This document shows positions 18,009 through 26,630 of a DNA stretch of 56,309 nt, in pieces. The translations under genes and the position numbers were made by a program. The stretch lies in the NCBI GenBank assembly GCA_028288965.1, contig JAQGHD010000013.1:1-56309 (forward strand), read 5' to 3'. Origin of the DNA: Candidatus Saccharimonadota bacterium (GTDB lineage: Bacteria > Patescibacteriota > Saccharimonadia > Saccharimonadales > JAQGHD01). Position 1 is the stretch's first letter; each line of letters starts with the position of its first letter. The notes beneath the pieces are model-generated. The model did no database searches, had not been told where the DNA came from, and saw nothing but the letters and a program-made list of their open reading frames with translations.

Positions 18009-18950
18009 TTAATCTATACAATGTTGTATAAAGACAGCCAATGTGTTGAGTATTAGGCGAACACTTTTTTCATTAGCATAAACTGCTTTTGGATGAGCAT
18101 CGCCTTGTTTTTGTCTGTATTCCATTAAAGTTGATTTAAGGCCATCGATAACTTTCTTCGATAACTGGTCATCGGGTAACTGCTTATTAGCAATCCCAGT
18201 TCGTATTAGGCCATCTATATCGCCTTTTCCAATTACGCTATTAACTTTAATCTGAAGGAAAGCCTGGAGAGCTGTTACGAGATGAGTGATTGCATTACTG
18301 TATGCTTTTTTATTACCTTTATGATACTCATTTATTGCGTCCGCAATCTCGTTCTGAACGGGTTCCCATTGTTTTCCAGCCAATGCCTTAAAGGTGGGCT
18401 CAATCACGAATTCCTCTACTATTTTTTCTTGTTTAGGGATAAAGCTTTGACGAGTGAGTCTTAAATTTACGCCAAAGTGTTCAAAAACATCGTTCACTGC
18501 GTTGCAAAAATGATCAAATGTCTCATACGCATCAACAATATTTTCGGGTGTGGGGTCGTTCTTGAGATAATATGACTGAATTAATGAATTAGCATACATA
18601 CTTAGTAGCTCAAGCACTACGTTTTCATCTTGTGTTCGAATAATGCGAAAAAAATCTTTTGCAGCAGGAGTTTTGCAACATTCCTCATAGCCCCAGTTTG
18701 TATTATGGGGTCCTCCATGCTCAAAGAACTCTATCCCATAGACTTTAACTTTGTATTCATCGTTGAGTTGAGAAATGACATTGACGAAAATATCTTTGTC
18801 CTGCATCCAACCTTTCGACATAAGATGACGTAGGATTTTTGACTTATCTTCTGAATCAAGCTCATTCCAACTCCTTAGTTTCAAAGTAGGCCTAAGAATT
18901 TTCATAGCTTTTGGTGAAGTTTCACTCCAGAGTTTGAATTTATCAATCAT
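18009..18950 (-). CDS. hypothetical 313-aa protein, AT-rich, with C-terminal R-x6-H motif (possible HEPN / Abi_C-like)
   Basis: Strong SD AAGGAG (18957-18962, minus strand) 6 nt before the ATG. Motif YRQKQGDAHP is at 18093-18116. Two 60-nt lines count 33-35% GC. Confidence 0.6.
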   Translation of the reverse strand: MIDKFKLWSETSPKAMKILRPTLKLRSWNELDSEDKSKILRHLMSKGWMQDKDIFVNVISQLNDEYKVKVYGIEFFEHGGPHNTNWGYEECCKTPAAKDFFRIIRTQDENVVLELLSMYANSLIQSYYLKNDPTPENIVDAYETFDHFCNAVNDVFEHFGVNLRLTRQSFIPKQEKIVEEFVIEPTFKALAGKQWEPVQNEIADAINEYHKGNKKAYSNAITHLVTALQAFLQIKVNSVIGKGDIDGLIRTGIANKQLPDDQLSKKVIDGLKSTLMEYRQKQGDAHPKAVYANEKSVRLILNTLAVFIQHCID

Positions 18951-18974
18951 TACAGTCTCCTTTGGTGTCCATCT

Positions 18975-19049
18975 TGGCTGGGGAGGAGGGATTCGAACCC
19001 CCGAATGCCAGGACCAGAACCTGGTGCCTTACCACTTGGCCACTCCCCA
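18975..19049 (-). tRNA. tRNA-Gln (anticodon CUG), CCA encoded
   Basis: Manual cloverleaf: acceptor TGGGGAG/CTCCCCA, D-arm GCC..GGC, anticodon stem CCAGG/CCTGG with loop TTCTGGT, T-arm GGGGG-TTCGAAT-CCCTC, G73, CCA. 75 nt. Confidence 0.9.
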
Positions 19050-19461
19050 ACAATAGCCTTATTTTACCCTAAAGTGTCGTTCAGGCTATAAAAGTGGAAA
19101 TTATATTCTAACAGAAGGTGGCTAGGAAGGATCTAACTGACCAATTCAGGTAACTTGCTTATGCTACTGAATGCTAAGGGAGCATAGCGGTATGGAAAGA
19201 GATGATTTGAAGCCACCAGTGGAAGGTGTGCAAGCATATTATCAACCGGTCGAAAGGATCCAGGAGTTAGACGAACCGTACACCGGACAACCAGCAACGT
19301 CTACCTCATCCGAAGCTGCCGCGAAGGATGTGGTGAGGATGAGAGGACTACACATGGGGATGCTTTGGTGGAACGATGAGCATGTCTGGTTACGGTAACA
19401 GATTAATACTCAGTGACAGTTAATCAACCGTGTGCCGTAGAGTTATTAGTGTGAATAATTT

Positions 19462-20976
19462 TTAGGCGTAGCCGGGGAAGAAGTCGGTTTTGATGTGGCT
19501 GCTAGCGACGCCCAAGGAGTGGAGGTAGTCTTGGACGGCGCTGACCAAAGCGTGCGAGCCGGAAATGTAGTAGACTCGTTCGCTAAAGTCGGGGACTTGG
19601 GTGCGGATCATTTCGGCCGAGACAAAGCCGGTGCTGCCGCGCCAGTCTGGCGGGATGGTGTCTGTGTTGGTCAAGGTGTAGACGGTCTTCAGGCCCAGCT
19701 GTTGGGCGGCTTGGTTGAAGACGTCGGTATAGACAAATTCGGCCTGCGTTTTTTCGGAATACATCAGCACCACGTCACGCGGTTGGTTGGTGTCGAGTAG
19801 GTATTTGACCATGCTCCTAAATGGCGTGATACCAATGCCGCCGGCTATAAAAACCAGTTTGGTGGCTGGATCGTCTGGCAAGACAAAATCGCCACCCAAC
19901 TGTCCGGCGGCAATCGGCGTGTCGCTGCTCATAGCCAGCAGGGCTTTTTTGTAGGTGCTGCCCTTGGGGTAAAACTTTACGCCTAGGCGCAAGCTGTCTT
20001 CTGTGGGTGAGGAAGCCAGGGTGAGGTAGCGGCGGTTGCCGCGGCTGTCCGCGCCAGGGTGGGGCAAGGTCCACTCCATGTATTGGCCGGGTTTGTAGGC
20101 CAGCTTTTGGTTGGGGGTAAAAATAAAGTCAAAAATGTCTGGCGCTAGGCGCAGTTTGGCTTGCAGCCGTGGCAGCAATTTGTATTTGGGGCTGACAATA
20201 TAGGCAAACACGTTGCCCGCCAGCAGAGCCAGTTCTGGCGTGGAATACACGTGGCCTATGTGGATTTGCGGGGCAAACAAAGCCCCCACCAATACGGCGT
20301 ACCACAGCCGCATGTTTTTGGTAACCGGGGAGGTCAGTGGCTCGGTTAGCATAATAAAGCCTAGGAAAAACAGAGAAGAGTGCAAAATGGTACGAGTGAG
20401 CGCTGTGCCCACGTGCCCGCTATGGATGTTGAGCAAGATGGTACTGGCCGCCACGGCGGCAAAAAAGGTTAGCGTCATAGATTCGCGCTGGACCTTACGC
20501 ATAATCAGCAGGCCGCCAATAATCACAAACGGCAGTAAAGCGCTGGTGCCCACCCACCAACTGGCCGATTGTGCTGCTCCGGCTGAAGTCAGGGCCACAG
20601 CCACCGCCGCCGGGTTAAAGATATGTTTTTTACGAATGGCCAAGATAAACTTGCTGGCAATAGCCAGGCCAGCAGCGGCCGTCATAAACATTAAATCGCT
20701 CCGCGTGTGATACGGCGTAATAATCAGCGCCAAAATCAGGGCGGTTAAAAAGACCGATTCGTTAGCCACCGGTGCCTGGAACACTCGGGCAAAAATTTTG
20801 TTGGCCAGCCAGCAAATCAGCGTAATGTAGCCGGCACTAAATGCAATGGCCAGCGGGTTATACTGCAGCCGGCCCACGGCACTTAAGGCCATGGCGCCCA
20901 TAACAATGCCCAGCAGCACATAGAGCAGCAGCCGGTACATGGTGATTTTGTTTAGGAAGTCATCTATATAATTCAT
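19462..20976 (-). CDS. membrane oxidoreductase: RnfD/NqrB-like polytopic N-domain fused to an FNR-like FAD/NAD(P)H-binding domain
   Basis: About 250 aa of TM spans (HIFNPAA motif), then RRYLTLASSP (R-x-Y-[ST] FAD site) and FIAGGIGITPF (NAD(P)-binding). Confidence 0.65.
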   Translation of the reverse strand: MNYIDDFLNKITMYRLLLYVLLGIVMGAMALSAVGRLQYNPLAIAFSAGYITLICWLANKIFARVFQAPVANESVFLTALILALIITPYHTRSDLMFMTAAAGLAIASKFILAIRKKHIFNPAAVAVALTSAGAAQSASWWVGTSALLPFVIIGGLLIMRKVQRESMTLTFFAAVAASTILLNIHSGHVGTALTRTILHSSLFFLGFIMLTEPLTSPVTKNMRLWYAVLVGALFAPQIHIGHVYSTPELALLAGNVFAYIVSPKYKLLPRLQAKLRLAPDIFDFIFTPNQKLAYKPGQYMEWTLPHPGADSRGNRRYLTLASSPTEDSLRLGVKFYPKGSTYKKALLAMSSDTPIAAGQLGGDFVLPDDPATKLVFIAGGIGITPFRSMVKYLLDTNQPRDVVLMYSEKTQAEFVYTDVFNQAAQQLGLKTVYTLTNTDTIPPDWRGSTGFVSAEMIRTQVPDFSERVYYISGSHALVSAVQDYLHSLGVASSHIKTDFFPGYA

Positions 20977-21713
20977 GATGTCACATAGCTTTCAAAGCCG
21001 GTGGTCATGGTAGCAATGCCAGCCGGGTCAATGGCGTAGGCTTCGTAGCCTTTGAGTTTTTCTAAAAAATGGATGCCGCGAGTGCCCATGGCAAAAGCCG
21101 CCGTCGCAAACCTATCGGCATTATAAATGTCCGGACCAATAACCGTCAGCGAAATAAGTTCTTTGGCGGGCTCGGCTCGGCTTAGCGGGTTATAAATATG
21201 ATTGCCGCGAATAGCCGTGCCGGAGGTGGCCACGCCCTGGCTGCGCACATTCAACACTTTAATGATCTCGTCGCGATTAAGCGGGTTACGAATACCGATG
21301 CGCCACGGCTTATTGCCGGTATTGCTGCGACTGACCTGCACATCACCGGCTACGTCGACGTAGTAATGTTTGTAACCTTTATCGGCCAGCAAGTCGGCAG
21401 CGTTTTGAATGGCCCAGCCTTTGACCAGGCCGGAGGGATCTAACTGGCCGTTATGCTCAATATCAAAGTAGCCATTGGTGTCGTGCTTGGTTTGTTGGCA
21501 CAGCTTCATGATTTGCTTCATTTCTTGGCTCCACTTGGCCCGGGGCAGGCCGGCGTTGATCTGGGATATTTCGCTACTCGGCTTATAGGTGCTGTAGCGC
21601 TGGTCGACACGGCTGAAATAATCAAACACGGCCTGGAACGCCGCAGGCTTAGCGTGCGCATCATTGATCTCTACAGTTACTGGCATACCCATAATATCTC
21701 GGGTTTGCTTCAT
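20973..21713 (-). CDS. apbE: FAD:protein FMN transferase (ApbE family), short form without signal peptide
   Basis: DPSGLVKGWA, VAGDV and VATSGTAIRG motifs. ATGA overlap with the downstream gene. Confidence 0.8.
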   Translation of the reverse strand: MKQTRDIMGMPVTVEINDAHAKPAAFQAVFDYFSRVDQRYSTYKPSSEISQINAGLPRAKWSQEMKQIMKLCQQTKHDTNGYFDIEHNGQLDPSGLVKGWAIQNAADLLADKGYKHYYVDVAGDVQVSRSNTGNKPWRIGIRNPLNRDEIIKVLNVRSQGVATSGTAIRGNHIYNPLSRAEPAKELISLTVIGPDIYNADRFATAAFAMGTRGIHFLEKLKGYEAYAIDPAGIATMTTGFESYVTS

Positions 21714-21714
21714 G

Positions 21715-22176
21715 TTAGGCTGCTTGGTTTAGGGCCGAGGTTAGCGACTGTACAAAGGCTTGACTGGTGTCGGAGGCGCCGGAAATGGTATTTACATGAG
21801 CACTTTGGGCCTGGATGGCTTCTTGCTTGAGGTAGGGCATGGCTTGCTGGTTGATGGACACCGAGTTTTCGCGGTCGTTGGGGTACTGCAAAAATATCAC
21901 ATCGGTTAATTTGCCGCCGCTGATGATGGCTTTGACCTGAATGTAGCCGTAGTAGGCATCGGCTGCGGTACCGGTGTAGGAACCGTCTTTATAAGTAGTG
22001 CCGCTGCTTGGCGTCGATGAGCTACTGGGCGAAGTGCCCTGCGTGGTAGTAGTCGGTGCAACCACGGCGGTATTTTTGCTATCCTGGCGCTGGGTCAGGC
22101 TGTAAGCAACAAAGGTTAGAATCACAAAAGCCGAGAGGCCGAGTTTTTTCATGGTGGAAGTGTTCATATCAATCAA
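21715..22176 (-). CDS. exported FMN-binding domain protein (flavinylation substrate)
   Basis: N-terminal signal/anchor. The FMN_bind domain ends with the ISGASDTS flavinylation motif ([ST]-G-A-[ST]). Confidence 0.75.
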   Translation of the reverse strand: MIDMNTSTMKKLGLSAFVILTFVAYSLTQRQDSKNTAVVAPTTTTQGTSPSSSSTPSSGTTYKDGSYTGTAADAYYGYIQVKAIISGGKLTDVIFLQYPNDRENSVSINQQAMPYLKQEAIQAQSAHVNTISGASDTSQAFVQSLTSALNQAA

Positions 22177-22218
22177 TTTAAAGATTTTTGCTTAGATTGA
22201 GCTTAGAAAAGAGGCAGT

Positions 22219-22350
22219 TTAACGGCGTGTCACGCTAAAGATGCCCTGGACTTCATCATGGGTGCGGTCATGAAAACGGATGTTGCTGGTTGTTGACACA
22301 TTTTTGGATTGAGCCACGCTAAAAGTTTAGCACAAGGGTAGATAGGTGTA
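22219..22350 (-). pseudogene. decayed C-terminal remnant of the cupredoxin-like paralogue family
   Basis: The minus-strand frame reads TSNIRFHDRTHDEVQGIFSVTRR*, versus TGNFRFHDHEHDEVQGTFSVTKR* in the 28424-28852 gene. The matching upstream sequence is broken by an in-frame TAG and TGA and a frameshift. Confidence 0.6.
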
Positions 22351-22362
22351 AGGATCCTCAAC

Positions 22363-22989
22363 CTAAATGAAGGGAGCCTCTTGCGAGTCATGAGTAGTGT
22401 GCTTTTTCTGAACTGATGCTCGCCAACGATAGGTTGAGCTGAGGAACACCACAAACACAGATAGCCAAAGTACAGAGTAAGAAACGGTCAGGAGATTGTA
22501 TTTTTGTAGAGCAATCAAGATTAAGACCAGCTTAAGCATAAGAAGGTAATAGCTCGGCAATGATTCAGAATATGGGTCGTTTCTGGTTTTTCTAAAGGTG
22601 GGTATAAACGAAATAATCTCGGCGGCGGTCACGATACTCAAGGAGACGACCGGTTTGCTGTTGAGCGCGATATAGAAAATAATGCCCACAATGGTAATGG
22701 CGAGGCAGACTTTATCCATAAAAATGACATCTTTGGTGCCAAACTTAAAGCAATAAAACAAAATAACAGCGTCCACTCCTACACCCAAAATGGTGGGAAT
22801 TGCCCCTACACCCGCTCCGCCAATGAGCTGGATGTAAGCCACAATTGCAGTTATCAAAAAAATACTAATCCAAGTGTATAGATGTGGCTTGTTCTTACCT
22901 CGAAACATATCTATCAGATATGGAATATAAGCCACTAATGCGATAACCGTAGCTGCTGCCGAAGCAACGATCTTTATGGTGTGCAGCAT
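22363..22989 (-). CDS. integral membrane protein (6-7 TM), function unknown
   Basis: Hydrophobic spans throughout. No motif recognised. Confidence 0.6.
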   Translation of the reverse strand: MLHTIKIVASAAATVIALVAYIPYLIDMFRGKNKPHLYTWISIFLITAIVAYIQLIGGAGVGAIPTILGVGVDAVILFYCFKFGTKDVIFMDKVCLAITIVGIIFYIALNSKPVVSLSIVTAAEIISFIPTFRKTRNDPYSESLPSYYLLMLKLVLILIALQKYNLLTVSYSVLWLSVFVVFLSSTYRWRASVQKKHTTHDSQEAPFI

Positions 22990-23068
22990 TTCATTGTAAG
23001 AATATCACGTAACTTCGCTCCAGATGATCAGATAAGCATAAGGATGTGGTAGGCTAGAAGTAAGTATT

Positions 23069-23962
23069 ATGGCGGCCAAAAAAACCAAACGAAGGGTGCA
23101 GGTAAAGGGGTTTTTGCTACTATTTGTGGCGGTTATCGTGGCTTTGGCGGCGCTGCTGCGCGGCAAAGATGTAGCGCTGTTTAATGCTAAAGGCGTGATA
23201 GCCCAAAAAGAGTCACACCTCATGATTTTTACAGTGGTTGTCTTGCTGGTGATTGCTGTTCCGACCTTGATGCTGCTTTACTTTTTTGCTTGGAAATACC
23301 GAGAATCTAATCCAAAAGCCAGACGCGCTACTGAAACGCAACATGGCAAATTCCTGGCGTTTAGCGTGTGGGCGATTCCAGGTATTGTGCTACTGGTGTT
23401 GGCGTCCAGCATGATTCCTGCCACGCATGAGCTTGACCCACACAAAGCCATCGCCGCCAGCGGCAAGCCGCCGCTGACTATTCAAGTGATTGCCATGCGT
23501 TGGAAGTGGCTGTTTATTTACCCCCAGCAGGACATCGCCACCGTTAACTATGTGCAAGTTCCGGTAGGCACGCCGGTGCAATTTGAGTTAACGGCCGACG
23601 ACGCCCCTATGAATTCGTTCTGGATTCCGCATTGGGGCGGGCAACTATACGCCATGACCGGGATGGTCAACCAGCTGAATCTTATGGCCACTACCGCGGG
23701 AGATTATTCGGGTGGCGCTGCCGAAATTAACGGCGAAGGTTTTGCTGGCATGAAATTTACCGCTCGAGCCTCTTTAGACCAAGATTTTGACCAATGGGTG
23801 CTGGGTATTCGTCAGTCTTCAGACGTGCTCGATTCTGCGCAGTATAATAAGCTGCTGACGCCCAGCCAAAACAATCCCGCGGCCGTTTACTCTGGTGTTC
23901 AATCAGATCTATATAATACGGTTGTTATGAAATACGGGTCTCACGACCACATGGGGCATTAA
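23069..23962 (+). CDS. cyoA: cytochrome bo3-type ubiquinol oxidase subunit II
   Basis: Two N-terminal TM spans plus a cupredoxin domain. The CuA cysteines are absent (AAEINGEGFAGMKF), as in quinol oxidases. Confidence 0.85.
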   Translation: MAAKKTKRRVQVKGFLLLFVAVIVALAALLRGKDVALFNAKGVIAQKESHLMIFTVVVLLVIAVPTLMLLYFFAWKYRESNPKARRATETQHGKFLAFSVWAIPGIVLLVLASSMIPATHELDPHKAIAASGKPPLTIQVIAMRWKWLFIYPQQDIATVNYVQVPVGTPVQFELTADDAPMNSFWIPHWGGQLYAMTGMVNQLNLMATTAGDYSGGAAEINGEGFAGMKFTARASLDQDFDQWVLGIRQSSDVLDSAQYNKLLTPSQNNPAAVYSGVQSDLYNTVVMKYGSHDHMGH

Positions 23963-26049
23963 TGAAAGAACTACTAATTGGCAAATTAAACTGGCAGGCG
24001 CTGCCACACGAGTGGTTTACCCTTGGTGGAGCGGCAGCCTTGTTGGGCCTGGGCCTGTTTTTGATCATACTCATTACCCGTTTGAAGCGTTGGAAATGGT
24101 TGTGGAAAGAATGGTTGACCACGGTTGACCCCAAAAAGATTGGGATCATGTACTTTATTGTGGCCGGTTTTATGCTGCTACGTGGTGGCCTGGATGCCAT
24201 TATGATTTGGCTGCAGCAAGCGCTCAGCTCCGGGGCTTCGCACGGCTATTTGTCTTCTGATCATTTTCAGCAAATCTTTACCGCTCATGGGAACATCATG
24301 GTGTTTTTTGTGGCCATGGGCTTTGTTTTTGGGCTTATAAACTTTATTGTGCCGCTGCAAATTGGCGCGCGTGACCTGGCTTCGCCCTTCCTGAACACCT
24401 TGGGTTTTTGGCTGTATGTGGGCGGGGTACTGATGGTAAACATGTTCTTTCTGCTAGGCGGAAAGTACGCGGCGACCGGTTGGCTGGCCGTGGCCCCGCT
24501 GTCTAGCACTCAGTTTAGCCCGGGCGTTGGCGTGGACTACATGATATGGGCTCTGCAGATTTCCGGCGTGGGGACCACGCTTGGGGCCATCAACTTTATC
24601 ATGACCATCCTTAAGATGCGGGCACCGGGCATGAAGCTGAAGCACATACCGCTATTTACCTGGGGCTCACTGTGCAGCATGATCATGGCCGTAACGGTAT
24701 TTCCGCTGCTGACCGCCACACTGTTTTTGCTATTTCTGGACCGCTACGCCGGGATGCACTTTTTTACTACTACAGGAGGCGGCAATGCCATGATGTACAC
24801 CAATCTGATCTGGATGTGGGGACACCCAGAAGTCTACGTTCTAATACTGCCTTCTTTTGGGGTATTTTCGGAAGTCGTCTCGGTCTTTAGCCGCAAGCGT
24901 ATTTCCAGTTATACCTCTGCTGTACTGGGCATGATTGGTGTCTCTACGCTGGCGCTATCGGTGTGGCTGCATCATTTCTTTACCATGGGAGCTGGGGCCG
25001 ATGTGAATGCTTTCTTTGGGCTGATGACCATGATAATAGCCGTACCGACAACCGTATTGGTACTTACCTGGATTGCCACGCTGTACAAAGGCCGGATACG
25101 CTTTACCACACCAATGCTTTGGTTTCTGGGGTTTGTTGGCACATTTGCCGTTGGCGGCATGACGGGCGTGATCTTGGCACAGCCACCAGCGGATTTTCAA
25201 TTGCACAATAGTTTGTTCCTGGTGGCGCACTTTCACACCATGGTTATTGGCGGCGTGCTGTGGGGTATTTTTGCCGGTTTGACGTATTGGTTTCCCAAAA
25301 TCGCCGGCTTTCGGCTCAACGAGCGCATTGGTCGCTACGCCTTTTGGTGTTGGCTGATTGGGTTCTGGATGGCCTTTGGCCCACTCTATATACTGGGGCT
25401 CATGGGAGCCACCAGACGGCTGGATCATTACACCAATTCCAGCTGGCAGCCATTTTTCATTGTGGCCTTGCTAGGCGGGCTGGTAATTATGGCTGGGGTG
25501 GTGCTGCAAATTGTGCAAATCATTGCCAGCTTTATGCAGCGACGGCAACTGGCTGATACCACCGGCGATCCTTGGGACGGGCGCACCCTGGAGTGGTCTA
25601 CGCCCTCACCAGCACCGTTTTATAACTTTGCTACCATACCTAAAGTCGCTACTCGGGATGCGTTTTGGGAAGCCAAGCAGTTGGGCTTGCCAGAGCGAAA
25701 GTACGAAGATATTCATATGCCGCGCAACACCGCTTCTGGTATTTACATTGCAGCACTAGCCTTTTTGGCTGGCTTTGGATTTGTCTGGCACATTACCTGG
25801 CTGATTGTTGCAGCCATGCTGGGCATTGTTGTGTGCGTAATTGCTCGGACATTCAATGAAGATACCGAATATGTTCTGCCGGCTCAGGAGGTAGAAAAGT
25901 TGGAGCACGAAAGGGCGCAAAAAGCGTTAGCTAGACACCAAGACATACACACCGACACATTTGAGGAAATGGGTTTGCGTGAATTTGTGCGGGTGGCCAT
26001 AAAGTGGGTGCTGGATGTAATAAGGAATAAGCGATGGCGGACACTATGA
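23962..26049 (+). CDS. cyoB: cytochrome ubiquinol oxidase subunit I (heme-copper oxidase)
   Basis: WFFGHPEVY-type motif (WMWGHPEVYVLILP), HHFFTMG, and a 695-aa polytopic layout. Confidence 0.95.
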   Translation: MKELLIGKLNWQALPHEWFTLGGAAALLGLGLFLIILITRLKRWKWLWKEWLTTVDPKKIGIMYFIVAGFMLLRGGLDAIMIWLQQALSSGASHGYLSSDHFQQIFTAHGNIMVFFVAMGFVFGLINFIVPLQIGARDLASPFLNTLGFWLYVGGVLMVNMFFLLGGKYAATGWLAVAPLSSTQFSPGVGVDYMIWALQISGVGTTLGAINFIMTILKMRAPGMKLKHIPLFTWGSLCSMIMAVTVFPLLTATLFLLFLDRYAGMHFFTTTGGGNAMMYTNLIWMWGHPEVYVLILPSFGVFSEVVSVFSRKRISSYTSAVLGMIGVSTLALSVWLHHFFTMGAGADVNAFFGLMTMIIAVPTTVLVLTWIATLYKGRIRFTTPMLWFLGFVGTFAVGGMTGVILAQPPADFQLHNSLFLVAHFHTMVIGGVLWGIFAGLTYWFPKIAGFRLNERIGRYAFWCWLIGFWMAFGPLYILGLMGATRRLDHYTNSSWQPFFIVALLGGLVIMAGVVLQIVQIIASFMQRRQLADTTGDPWDGRTLEWSTPSPAPFYNFATIPKVATRDAFWEAKQLGLPERKYEDIHMPRNTASGIYIAALAFLAGFGFVWHITWLIVAAMLGIVVCVIARTFNEDTEYVLPAQEVEKLEHERAQKALARHQDIHTDTFEEMGLREFVRVAIKWVLDVIRNKRWRTL

Positions 26050-26630
26050 CAACAGAAATGACCCACGAGGAAGCCGCCAACAACCGGGCAATGTTCGGCT
26101 TCTGGGTCTACCTCATGACTGACCTGCTGATGTTTGGGGTGCTCTTTGCCGTGTTTGCCGTGCTGCACAACAATACGGCCGGTGGATCGTCGGGGCGTGA
26201 GCTTTTCAAGCTCAAGCTGGCATTAATCGAAACGTTCTTGCTTCTAACCAGCAGCTTTGCCTGCGGGCTGGCCATGATTGCTGCTCGCCAGGGTAACAAA
26301 AACCAGGTACTGGCGTGGTTCACCGTAACATTCGTATTGGGCGTGGCCTTTTTGAGCCTGGAGCTGACGGAATTTGGGCAGTTGATACATGATGGCAACA
26401 CCCCTAGCAGCAGTGCCTTTTTGTCCTCGTTCTTTACGCTAGTTGGGGCACATGGGTTACACATAACACTCGGACTTTTGTGGATGGTGATCGTCATGGC
26501 TTATGTTCTGGCGCGGGGGCTTAGCTCATCCATGGTGCGCAAACTTACCATGCTGAGCCTGTACTGGCATTTCTTAGATATTGTCTGGATATTTATTTTT
26601 ACTATTGTGTATTTAAGGGCGTTCATATGA
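26034..26630 (+). CDS. cyoC: cytochrome ubiquinol oxidase subunit III
   Basis: Five TM spans, YWHFLDIVWIF motif, overlaps cyoB by 16 nt. Confidence 0.9.
   Translation: MADTMTTEMTHEEAANNRAMFGFWVYLMTDLLMFGVLFAVFAVLHNNTAGGSSGRELFKLKLALIETFLLLTSSFACGLAMIAARQGNKNQVLAWFTVTFVLGVAFLSLELTEFGQLIHDGNTPSSSAFLSSFFTLVGAHGLHITLGLLWMVIVMAYVLARGLSSSMVRKLTMLSLYWHFLDIVWIFIFTIVYLRAFI

Larger units (their letters stand above)
16888..19000 (-). mobile_element. decayed tRNA-Gln-associated genomic islet (no integrase retained)
   Basis: Bounded by an intact tRNA-Gln 3' end and a displaced tRNA-like 3' fragment in direct orientation. Cargo includes a 33-35% GC gene. Confidence 0.4.

Noticed and set aside
19171-19398. 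75-aa plus-strand ORF in the 412-nt gap upstream of tRNA-Gln
   Set aside because: No convincing SD and no recognisable motif. It could be a real small protein, but the sequence alone does not support it.
22230-22454. 74-aa minus-strand ORF from the ORF track
   Set aside because: It is out of frame relative to the clear homology with the 28424-28852 gene and overlaps the 3' end of the 22363-22989 membrane-protein gene. It is an artefact of the pseudogene relic.
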